Positions 21,853 through 32,879 of a stretch of 64,000 bases of DNA are shown here, piece after piece (position 1 is the first letter of the stretch; each line of letters begins with the position of its first letter). The position numbers and the translations under genes were made by a program. The stretch is from Vicugna vicugna (Eukaryota). Under the pieces are notes generated by a model. That model had not been told where the DNA came from, ran no database searches, and was given only the letters and a program-made list of their open reading frames with translations. The stretch spans positions 4,341,050-4,405,049 of the forward strand of contig MU058781.1 of NCBI GenBank assembly GCA_013265495.1. Direction: 5' to 3'.

Positions 21853-23889
21853 CAGCGGGTAACACTCGCTCCAGGGTGGCACTAAGCAGACACGGCTATC
21901 AGAGGATTATTCCACGGTGGCTCGAGTTATGGGCCCTTTGGGCTTTTCCAGAGAAAATTTCCAAATGATCAGATTTTTAGATGTCAATATTTTCAGGGAA
22001 AAAAAAAAAAAGACGAGTGCTATGTTTAGAGAGACAAAGGAGACACATCTTTATTAGATGGTGCTTTAGGTAGTGATGATTTAACAGCACCACTGAAAAA
22101 TAGGAGTTTGCAATTTTTAGAGAAGAGAAGAAAACCCGTGTAAGTTGAGCTATGTTTTCTGAGTACATTTTTAGTGCCGTGCCAATATTATGAATATTAT
22201 TGCCTTTGGGGGGAGGTATGTTTTTCATTACAATCCCTGGAAACCAGAGAGCAGCAAAGGGAGAAGTGGAGGTGCCTTAATTACTGTAGTACAAGAGCTG
22301 TCATTTTGAGAGTGGCAGGAAGGTGGGCGCAGATCGATAGACACCTGTCCCGGGAACCAGGAGACCCCAGCAAAGCCTCTGCTTTTCTTCCACCCACTCT
22401 GGGGTCCAAAAGACACCGCTGAGCCTTATGCCAGTTTTCCCCTTTTGGAAAAGTTAAAAAGAAAATTTCATCCTGAATATTTATGGCTTTTCCCCCTCTG
22501 GGGATCAAAACAGTCTGAAAGAGATAAAACATGATGTTTTTCCTGACACCACTGGATGGCAGTTTCTAGACTCACCTCCACTCCCCCCTCCACCCCATTC
22601 CGAAGCTGTCATAATGGAGTAGCCTTCCCATATAAAGTATCCTTTCAATTCACCAACTATGCGCTAATGATAAGGAGCACAATTAGAACAGTTTTCTGGA
22701 GGCAGGAATCAATATCCTGGTGTATGTGGGCCCGATTAGCCATTGCTAATTACAGCTCTCAGGCATTAATCACACACCACATATGGGGCTAATCAACCAA
22801 TGTAGGAAGCAAAAAAAAAAAATCTATAATCTCCCCTTGAATTCTCCAACCTGGCTCACCTTGAAATCAGACCCAGAGACAGAAAACTTTGCAGCAGGTC
22901 TGCATTTACTAGGCTGGGAGGCTGTGCTGTTTCACGGGTTCCCGAGCCTTCTGGAGAATGAGGCTGACGTGATGTCACCAGACTCCTTAAACACACACAG
23001 GCTGCACTGTGCAGCCTGGACACACTTCTCATCGACTGTGGCAGTTACAGGTGTGTCCCAGCTGCAGGCTGACCCAGAGAAGCAGACCAATATCCCTAGG
23101 CTTGAACGATAAATAAAACTAAACACCCACTAATATATTATTCATGAAATAGCCCAATTGCCCATCATGCTACATACTTGTACTCATACAATTATTCCTG
23201 TGTGTTCAAATAATGAATGTTAAGTTTGTGTTTATAACACAAATTGCTGATTAATCTGTATTCAAACCAAACAGTGCCTTATATGAACTCTTCAAAATAC
23301 TGTACTACATCGGCTTGCCTACCTCAATCTATGAAACGTTTCTATGATGCTAATTCTAAGGCATGTGATTGAGCCCTTTAATTTGACAAAATCTTATTGG
23401 ATAAACCAGGCTGGAATGAAGATTCTGCTGATAATGCTGGGCAAACCCAGATGTGATTTAAGATTTGTGGAATATATTGAAAATATTTCCAGCAACTAGG
23501 CCCTTAATTCCTGACTCTATGCTTCCAAATGTTACCTTGAAAAAAAAAAAGATATTTATTGCCTCACAAGCGCTTTCAATCTCATCATAATCTCCTTTAA
23601 AAAAGACATTTTGCTAAGAAGCCACAACATGCGGGCATGTGATCATTATATTTTTTTCTAAGAAACAGAAACTCAGTTTTAAATGAACTCAGATCCCAAA
23701 AGGTTCACTTGAGATTTGAAATTCACAACCTATAAGGAGAGATCAGTTCTTAGGCTCTAAGAAAGCATGTTTTTCCAACCATTCTAACATTATCAGCTTT
23801 AGATTTAAGTAGTGAGAGAGAAATGGGATTCCTAGAACTTAATTACAGGGCGAACGGAACAGCACTGGAGCAAAGAATAGTATAAAACA

Positions 23890-24085
23890 GTAAAAGTAAG
23901 CATGGGATCAAATCTTGCTTAAATCCGAATTGACAACATGTGTGGCCTGGACAATATTTGACGTCTCTGAACTTCCAGAGGACAGTAGCGTCCAAGGTCA
24001 TAGTTCTAAAGGTGATACGAAGTGATACCTGTGAGGGCTTGAGACCAAGTCTTCCTAGAGTCAGACAGTCCGTACGTGCTAGCTC
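23890..24085 (+). mobile_element. Degenerate MIR
   Basis: tgtgtggcctggacaatatttgacgtctctgaactt...aagtgatacctgtgagggcttgagacca...tgctagct. Confidence 0.5.
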
Positions 24086-25807
24086 CCTTGGCCTCTTCCC
24101 TTCATGTTGGTTCTACAGACCATGAGGTTCCAGAAAGCAGGACCTGCACCTGTGTCTTCAGTGCCGGGCACTGCGGTGGCACATCCTTGACTCAACAAAT
24201 CATTACTGAGCCAAAATTAACTGCCAGAAAAGCCAGCAAAAGGGTATGTGGGGGCCATGTGAATGTTTCTTTACTCTCCTTCCCAGAAGTCAGCACTGGA
24301 CAGACTCCGAGGCAGTAATTTCCAGAGATCAGAGGAAATATTCTAGAAGAGCTGAAGGAAATCCCTCCTGTAATTTCCTGCACTGAAAAAAAATTCTCTC
24401 TTCCACTTCTTTGACCTCTTTTTTTGGTAATTTTGGGAATATTCATGCATGGAAAATGTCAGGCAGCGCCTGGAATGAAAACGGTGGGTATCCCAAATAC
24501 TGACTTGTGAGCTATAAAATATGAGTCTGGGTAGACTGTTGGTGAAAACACAAAAACAGAGCATAGCACGTAGATATTGGAGAAAGGGCAGAGCTTAAAC
24601 AAAGAACCTCATTAATATCCTGATGTGATTCGCAAAATAAACACATCAAGTAGGAAATACCACAATTCGACCCCTTGAGTTTGGATCAGGCATACACCGT
24701 GGGCTTCCACTGAGTTCAAGCGTTGAGAGGACAAATAAAACGCTGGGTCGCTACAATGTGCCACAGCTGTCAAGGAAAAGGCAGTGCACCCATATACCGG
24801 GCTAGTAAGAAAATGTCACGTACTTACTGAAGGGACCGGCCTTAGAACAGGGGCATGGAATGTAACCAAGAGTGTGTCTTTCTAATTAAAAATTGTATTT
24901 TCACTTCTTAAAGTAAGCAAATTCAATACAATATAATTTTTTTAGGCTATTAATATTTGTATGGCCCACATGTCACAATGGTGGTAATTAAAATTTGAAA
25001 AACTTTGTACAGAGGTTAGGAATGTGTTACCTATCATATGCTGATTGTTTAGCAAATTATTTAGTTTTCTCATGTCCAACCAAACCCCACTGTGACACTT
25101 TTTTGCAGGAAAACTGGGGGAAAAAGATGGCCCACCAAAGAGATCTCTCCTGCCAAGTTCCACATTCCTGTTGGTCTCAGATGAACTGTCATTTTTTAAC
25201 AGTGATTCTTAATTTACTCAACCATTAAGTCTTTATTTACAGCCTAAGAATATCTAAATTGAATAGTTGGCATTATCTCTTTCTGTGTATTCTGGAATTA
25301 AATCTCTGCCATTTGGAATCAAATTCTTAATTTCAAAAATATTTGGAGCCCCTAGATGAGCCAAGGCATCACCCGGGGACTTCAGAGAGGGGCAGAAATT
25401 CCTCTGAGCCACAGGGCCGAGCATCTGGCGGCTCGGCGTTTGCTGCAGTGGTTGTTCAGTTTTTACTCAAACGGAGATGGGCTCTGCAAGCCACTTTGTT
25501 CCAGAAGAAAAACAACAGATGCTGACGCACAAGAAGGGGAGAGGACTGAATTTTCCCTTATATTTCTGAGCCTCTGAATGCATGGTTTCATCCCCAAGCC
25601 CCTTCTCCGGTGCCACCCCTGCCAGAACTCCATTCATTAGCCTCCATCATTCCAAGTCAATTCCAAATACACAACCCGAATTTCCTGTAATGAGGGACTG
25701 CTGAGACACAAGCACTACACAGCTGCGCGAAGTCTCAGGTTATTGTACCGTGCTGGCATAACTTTAAATATTAAACAATCCTCCCAGCCTCTGGTTGTTG
25801 TCACTCA

Positions 25808-26240
25808 CCATGGCAGATGTATGTCATATTATCTGCCCCACACTATTTCTCCTTTTCTGACAAAAGCACCCTCTTTTTTTTTTCAGGTAATTATCTTTCC
25901 GCCATTCCACAGATTGCTGGGGTACCTGGGGAGAGAATGGCTTCCCAAGCACAACCATCAGAGACTGTCTGTGTATTTTATATGTGGACACTGAGGGAAG
26001 ACCATCTTTTTCTTTGCGTGCCCCTGTCTGCAGCTTAGAGCTCCCTCTGCAGACTTGCCCACCTCACCTCCAACCCTTGGCTATTTGAAGGTCCACCAAA
26101 AAGATAAGCAGAGAGACACGATGCATCATCTAAACCCTTGGATCCAGTCATGCCTGAGGCCAGCTCAACCTCTGTACTTTGAAATGACACGGGCCATCAC
26201 GAGATCTTCGGTAACTTAGAGTTCTTTCTGCAACGTGTAC
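25808..26240 (+). mobile_element. Old MaLR LTR (MLT1J/K/L-like)
   Basis: 5' tggcagatg...tctgccccacactatttctccttttctgacaaaagcaccc; 3' cccttggatccagtcatgcctgaggccagctcaacctctgtacttt. Confidence 0.6.
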
Positions 26241-26619
26241 ATTTTTTTTAGGCCACAGATCCCAATTTTAGGATCCTCAGTTGTTACTCAGCACTTCTCC
26301 TACCTACCAGACTGGGTTGAAAACGTTCTTCCCACAAATCTAAATACAGAACATTGGTCTTTTCTTCTTTTGGTTACATACCCAGCCAATTTGATTTAAT
26401 GATGGAAGTGTTTCTCACCAATTTGGCTGCTATCCTCAGGGATCTGTCCTCCTGAAAAGTTTTAGTGAAATCTTCTTCCCATTAAGGCATTGGGTTCTTG
26501 CTTCACCTCCCTGATATACCAGCTCTAATTATACTCTCTAGATTTTCCCTTCCACTACTTACTCTGCTGTTCTTATTTTCTTTCTTCTTTTGCTGTCTTT
26601 TCCTTTAATGTCTTCCTAG

Positions 26620-27300
26620 AGCTGGGGTTCTTAACAAGAGCCACACAGCACACATCAATGGGCTTCAGGGATTTCTCAAAGTCTCTTGAAATCATATGCA
26701 AGTTTTGCATGAATACGCACACATGCATGCGTTATTAACTGCTGTGGAACAACTTACCCCATAATTTAGCAGCTTAAAACAACAAGCACTTATTAACTCA
26801 CAGTTTCCGTGGGTCAGAAATCCAGATGTAGCTTAGCTGGGCCCCTGTGCCTCGCACAACGCAGCGATCAAGGTGTGTCAGTCAGGGATCTGAAGACTCT
26901 GGAAAAGGAAAATACATTTCTAAGCTCACTCATGACTACTGACAGGATTGAATTTCTCAAGGGTTCTAAGCTGGGTACCTACCAATACCTTCCCACATGG
27001 GTCTCTCACAGGGCAGCTAACAACATGGCCGCTGGCTTCCCTCAGAACCAGTCAATGGGAGAAAGAGAGGGCGAGCAATACACATGTCACAGTCTTTTGT
27101 AATTTAACCTCAATAGTGACATCCCATCCCCTTTGCTGTATTCTGTTCATTAGAGGCGTGTCGCTAGGTCCAGCACATCCTCAACAGGAGATTACACATG
27201 GGGTGAAAGTCAGGAGGTGAGGCGCACCCGAGGCCATCCTGGAGGCTCTCACCACAAGATGCTGTGAAGAGGGAGACGATCCATGTCTTTCATTGTATTT
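26620..27300. mobile_element. hAT-Charlie MITE (MER117-like) split by an MLT1 insertion
   Basis: ctggggttcttaac...atgggcttcaggg...tgaaatcatatgcaagttttg (26620-26723) resumes as ggagacgatccatgtctttcat after 27257. Confidence 0.5.
26724..27256 (-). mobile_element. MLT1F-like MaLR solo LTR
   Basis: aatttagcagcttaaaacaacaa...ctcacagtttccgtgggtcagaaatcc...gcttagctggg...acaacatggccgctggcttccc...gtgacatcccatcccctttgctgtattctgttcattaga...gccatcctggaggctctcaccaca. Confidence 0.88.
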
Positions 27301-27429
27301 CCTTATTTCTGAGTCAACATTTATAGTCTCTGTTTCTGGCTTAACTATCGGTTTCACCCAAAGTTGTCTACATTTTCACAAGTCACTAGAAATCATGTCT
27401 GGTACCACCGCCTGGGAATCTTCTGAAGA

Positions 27430-27602
27430 CGCCAATATTTTACCAGCCATTGTTTTTGCATCAACAGTGCAAATGTCAATATATTACAAAGAGCAAGTAA
27501 CATCTTAGTATGATTGTGAAAATGCTTTTGACTTCATGGACACATTGAAAGTGTCATGCAAATTCCCAGGGATGCATCGACTCTACCTTGAAAACCATTA
27601 CT
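27430..27602. mobile_element. hAT-Charlie transposon end fragment
   Basis: gcaagtaacatcttagtatgattgtgaaaatgcttttgacttcatggac...tgaaagtgtc...ttgaaaaccat. Confidence 0.55.
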
Positions 27603-28361
27603 ACAGACTGTTCATTATTGCTTTTTAATCCTAACGCTCATTAGTACGCGGAAGGAGCAGAATTCAAGATCCTGTGTACTCACTTCTGCTTACCTAGATC
27701 TGATGGGAGAAGGGAGTCCTCTAATAAAATTACTCTTTCGATTTACTGAGCATGACTCATCCAATTTTCCCAAATGTCACTAATTCACAAGTTTTGCCAG
27801 AGAAACATACTCATTTTTTAAACTTACATATTTAAAGGGAACTTTTATCCACCTAAAAACAAAGATAGATATGCTATCTTACCACAAATAGAAGAAATAT
27901 ATTAATACCCTTAAAGGAAATATATTATGACTCAAATCTTTAAAGAACCTTTCACCAAGTGTGCTACCTAAAACTACCCTAAAACCTCACGGCTCACGTT
28001 TGAAAAGACAATAATAATCCTTCCCTCCCTTCGAGTTCCTTCATTTTGCCAAATTCCATTGTATGCAAATTTATTTCCATATTTCTTTTAGATTTTTCTA
28101 TCTACAGATTGCGAGTCTCTCCTGTTGGGGATAATTTTTAAAAAGGAAACTGGGGACTGGGAAAAAGAAAAGGGAGGTAAAACAGATGGCAGCAAAGAAA
28201 TGGAAGTTTGGGCATGAAGCTCTGGGAGAGATAAAGGGGGGGAGGAAGACAGGGTGCCTGCATTGCCCTCTAGGGTCCGGTGGGGCGGGGAGCCAAGGTG
28301 AGCATTAAAGGGACTAGTGGAATGTTCCTCAGTGTGAGAGTGTTGGGCTCTGGCACTGGAG

Positions 28362-28366
<5 letters not shown>

Positions 28367-28394
<28 letters not shown>
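28367..28394 (+). repeat. Poly(A)28 tract
   Basis: 28 consecutive A. Confidence 0.95.
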
Positions 28395-29129
28395 GCCTAC
28401 CCAGCTGTGTTAAATAAAGCTTACCACAAAATTTTTCCATTTGAGAAATCCAAGTACTTTGGTATCTATGAGAGCAAGGCTGGATTGAGGACATGGGAAT
28501 AACCAAATCTAAGTGATAAAATCAGAAGAGCATTGAGCATCTGGAAGAAAGGAGTGTGCAAGTACCCATGCATGCACATGTGCACACACATACACACACA
28601 CACTGTCTCTTGGTGTGCATGTGTTCTGCAATGAATCAAAGTAAATCTGAAAGCATCTTGTAACTGTGGGGAGAAGAGATCATACAAAGTCTCCATTGAG
28701 CAAGAGAGCAGAAATGGAAATTAATAGTATAATGTCCATTAAAATCCATTCAAGTTGTGAAAATGCATTTCGTATTCTTATTTCTCCTGTTATCTTTACT
28801 GTTTAGTGTTAGCAAATCTTCCATAAACCACTTATGAGGACTTTTATTGGCTCACTTATTATCTTGGTTCTTAAAAACTGTCTTTGCCATAAGGCAGTAT
28901 TTTAAGGGTCACTGGAATATATTAGAGGTCATGGTGGGAGAGGAACTGATTTCCTTCACCTTCCTTCTATGAGAACTTCTCTAGTTTGACCTAGTTTGCA
29001 TGTTAATCTTCTCCCTAAGAATTCATCTGAAGAATGGGCTCTAGTGCTATAAAAGACACATTTTTTAAGTAAGAAAGCCAAAGTCAGAATGTCTGAAGTC
29101 CCTTTAAAATGAACAAATACTACATGCCA

Positions 29130-29912
29130 AAAATATATGCAAAATAACATACAGAGACATGAACAGACACTTCATAAAAGAGGATACCCAAATGACCAGC
29201 AGGCATATAAAAAGTGTTTGACTCCATCAGATGTCAGCAAAATTGCAAATCAAAGCCAAAAATGATGCCATTACACACCCCTGGCTAAATTAAAAAGATG
29301 GCGATATTAAATTGCTGGTCAGAAAATGGAAAACGGGAACTTTCACTGAATGCTGGTGGGTGTGAAATTGTATAACCAATCAGAAAACAGCAGTGTCTAC
29401 CGAAGCTGAGAATGCACGTTCCCAACAACCCTGTATTTGTACTCCTAAGCATATATACCCAATATACGGGCACCAGGAGACACTGAAGAAAGTGTATAAT
29501 AGCACTATCATTAATGTGAAAAAACTAGGGGAAAAAAACAATTAGGTAGACAACTGAACAGTGGCATAGTCATACAATGGAAAGCTATACAGCCACGAAA
29601 AGGAATGCACGACTGCTAGATAAAATAGCATGGAAGAAAAGAAGTTAAGTTTGAAGAAGTTATATTGTATGATTTCACTTACATAATGTTCAAAACAGGC
29701 GAAACTATAGGAATGGAAGTCAGGATAAGAGCTGTCTTTGTAGAGGAGTCTGGGGGTACACATAGGGGGATTCTGGTATACTGGCAATGTTATTTCTTGA
29801 TCTGGGGGCTGTCACCCAAGTTTGTTCCCAATATGAAAATGCATCAAGGTATATGTACTCTAGATATTTTGTGATTCATACACTCAATCTGTTGTATTTC
29901 AATAAATTAACT
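29130..29912 (+). mobile_element. L1ME-type ORF2 C-terminus and 3' UTR
   Basis: agacatgaacagacacttcataaaagaggatacccaaatgacca...tgctggtgggtgtgaaattg...actcctaagcatatataccca...catacaatggaa...aaaacaggcgaaacta...gaagtcaggata...tatttcttgatctggg...tatttcaataaa. Confidence 0.88.
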
Positions 29913-30174
29913 TGAGAAGAATAATATGAAATGTAATTTTTAATTATGTAGAATTTTAAGATCCTTTACTACTATTACTTTACTGTCTCAGTATTTCTGT
30001 TAACCCACCCACTCCTCCCTACTCCCCACACACTTTTTTCTCAGTTCTATTTGCTAAAATCTGGATCAATTTAAAGTGTGTTCACTACTTCTCAACAAGT
30101 TCTATTCTAATGGATTGTTACTCTAAAAGCAAAAGAGCTGACTCTCCTCACCCTTGGACCCCTTCCCTGAGAAG

Positions 30175-30392
30175 ATGAGTTAATAAACTTACTCAGTATG
30201 TGGGTTTTGAGCACCTACCTGGGCCAGGAACTGCACTTGGCTCTGGAAAGGGATGAGTGAAAGGGGCAGATACTTTTCACTGGGGGAGTTCACTGTCTAA
30301 CAGGGAAAATCCACAGTTGAAAGTAGCTGTCAGAGGGTATTAAATGCCATGGTGAATGAAGGTCAGGGTGCCAGGGGGTCACACAGCAGGGC
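30175..30392 (-). mobile_element. L2 fragment
   Basis: ttgagcacctacctgggccaggaactgcacttggctctgg...ggagttcactgtcta...taaatgccatgg...cagggtgccagggggtcacacagcaggg. Confidence 0.7.
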
Positions 30393-31205
30393 GGGTGTCT
30401 CTTCTCACACCTCTGGGACCACATGTCGCTCCCCTACTTTTGAAGGCCAGTTGCACTTACAGTTAATACCCCAGAGTGTGATGATTCATGATTGTTCTCT
30501 GGTTGTTCCCTGTTGCTAACCTGTCACCTCAAATAGCACATAGGAAACTGGTCTGATTGGGTATCTCCTGTTGGACTTAATTCTGGGCCAGAATTAGACC
30601 CTTTAAAATACCTGCTGAGGGGAGGGAGGAGGAAGTGGGAAGGAACAGCCACTGAGAAAGAGAGTTTCCAGTAGAAAAGACAGGGGGACGTTGCTGAGAC
30701 ACAAGAAGAAGCAAGAAGCATCTTTGCTGAAGAAAGTCAGAGGGCAGCAGCCTGAGGATGGGGGCCAGTGGCCTCCCAGGGCTTGGGTCTGTAAGCACTC
30801 AGGACCTGTAGAAGGTAAGTTCTAGAACCACCTGTGGCTGAATTCAAGTAAAAGAAAAATTACTCTGACTTAACTCTTCTACTATGGAAACCAGGATATG
30901 TTTGGGGATGGAAGAGGATCACTCCAAAAACATGTCTACAGCATTAGAAATTTCCTTGACAACTCACCTGCCATCACTAATGTCCTGACATCCTCCTCGC
31001 TCGGGGATTTGAGAGCTGGTGCAGGGCTCACCCGATGTGACACATGTAAAGGCCTTGCACAATGCCGGGATTCCCAGCAGCAAACCACTAACAGCTTAGA
31101 CTCCAGGCGAGATAAAAATTGGGGTGTGGGAGGAAGGAGGGAGAGGGAGGGAAGAGGGGAGGGAGAGAGAGATGGCTTGCCACAGCCAGAAGGCATCAGG
31201 ATGCT

Positions 31206-31223
31206 GGGAAGGGAAGGGAAGGG
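31206..31223 (+). other. Canonical G-quadruplex motif (GGGAA)3GGG in a purine-rich tract
   Basis: gggaagggaagggaaggg; a further G/A tract lies at about 31128-31171. Confidence 0.5.
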
Positions 31224-32319
31224 AAAGGTGATGAGAGGCTAAAGGGATGCTGCCTTCATTTCTTAAATTACCAGAGAATGAGCATAATTACAGTCCTCCA
31301 TCTGGTAACCTAGCTAGAACATTCTCTAACCAGCAGGGCCCCCATCAAGCTGGGATTATTGTGGTTATTATTATTATTTATTACGTGGTGGTATTCAAAT
31401 ACCTAAATTATGCAACTAATCCCCTTAAATGCCACGTTCTAAATAAATGCTGGCCAGAACACCATCTCTTGTTATCATAGTTTATCAACTAATTATGTAA
31501 TACCCCAGGTCCACCTACCTCTTTATCATAATATTCAAATCAATTAACTTTAAAGGAAAACAACTCTAGGTATCATTTCTTCCCATATAATAGGAGTCAA
31601 AGAAATGTAAGTTCCTCCAAAGACTCTCAGAGCTGTGGTTCCTGCCTCTGCATTGATCCTCTGTCATAAGCAGCATGAATGCTGTCCCCTAACAGGCATT
31701 AACACGCCGCAGCGCGCAGGTTCCTGGGCTGCCCATTAACTCCACTCTGCAGTTCCGGAGCCCGCAGCCTCCAGACTCCTTCTCCATTGCAGGCGTCCAT
31801 GCTTCCACCACCTTCCTATGGCAGGATCTGTATTTATAATTCATGCTTCTCCTCTGGTTTCCTTTCCAGGTCTCTCTGGGCTAGTGCTTAAACAAAATTT
31901 CTACCCACATCAAGCACGTGCTAGTCCATCCTCAATTAATAATTAATAGCAATGATGATAATCAGGACAAACTTTCTCAGAGTGGTTATCTTCTGTCTTT
32001 CATCTAAGGGGCCCTTCTTTCTTTGCTTCAGGGGGTACCACTGAGGCACAGATACAGTTCAGACCTCCCCAAACATCATTGCCTGAATTTTACGTTGCAG
32101 TTAACAAAAAGCCCAGAGAGCCCGTGGTGGAAATGTGTCATTTTGTCATCAGAATCAGATCTGTCCTTCATGTGGCAACAATATTACATTTTGCTTTTAG
32201 GGAATGCGCTTCCCTCCTCCCCACCCGACTCTCAGGTCTTGTCCTCAGTTGACCCCAAGTCTACACTCAGCCTACATGGATGGAAAATGCCACCTAGGTT
32301 AAGCCAAGCCTGGTCGTTA

Positions 32320-32487
32320 TCCTTGCTAGCCCAAGTATGGTCCTTGCATCAGGCGTCCCAGCATCGCCTGGAAGCTTATCAGAAATGCAGAATCTCAGGT
32401 CCCCACCTGGGCCCTCTGAGTCAGCATCTGCCTTTCAACAAAATTCCCAGATGATTCATGTGCACATTAAAGTCTGAGGGGCAGGGG
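32320..32487. mobile_element. MER5A1-like hAT-Charlie MITE
   Basis: cagcatcgcctggaagcttatcagaaatgcagaatctcaggtccccacc...ctgagtcagcatctgcctttcaacaaaattcccagatgattcatgtgcacattaaagtctgag. Confidence 0.88.
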
Positions 32488-32519
32488 TCAGTGCCCACTT
32501 TACAGCAATTGTCTCAGGG

Positions 32520-32879
32520 CTGACAAATTAGGCCAATTAGGACCAAGGGGATCCAATTCCCCAACTTCTATGTTATTAGTCAGGGAAGCAGCTTCTCATG
32601 GCGACTGGATTTGAACCAAGAAATGTGTATTTTCCCGTGGCTGGCAGCGCTCTGGCAAGCAGTAAGGGCGAAGACACAGGAACATCAAGTCCACCCAGAG
32701 GAAGGAGAATGACCAACTAGACCCTCAATGACGTCATGGAGCCTGACTTCACGGGGGCCTAAAGCCACGTCTGCAACAAGACTGTTCAGATACCTGAGAT
32801 ACACGCTTTTTTTTTCTAGTGAAGGAAATATAAATTTGGCTTTCTGTCACTTGCAGCCAAAAGAATTCTAAATGATTCA
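32520..32879 (+). mobile_element. Old MaLR LTR (MLT1K/L/M-like)
   Basis: 3' end gactgttcagatacctgag...ttggctttctgtcacttgcagccaaaagaattctaaatgattca. Confidence 0.6.

Noticed and set aside
28367..28394. Poly(A)28 as the tail of a retrocopy
   Set aside because: No upstream mRNA-like or SINE body and no TSD; it looks like slippage expansion within L2-like sequence.
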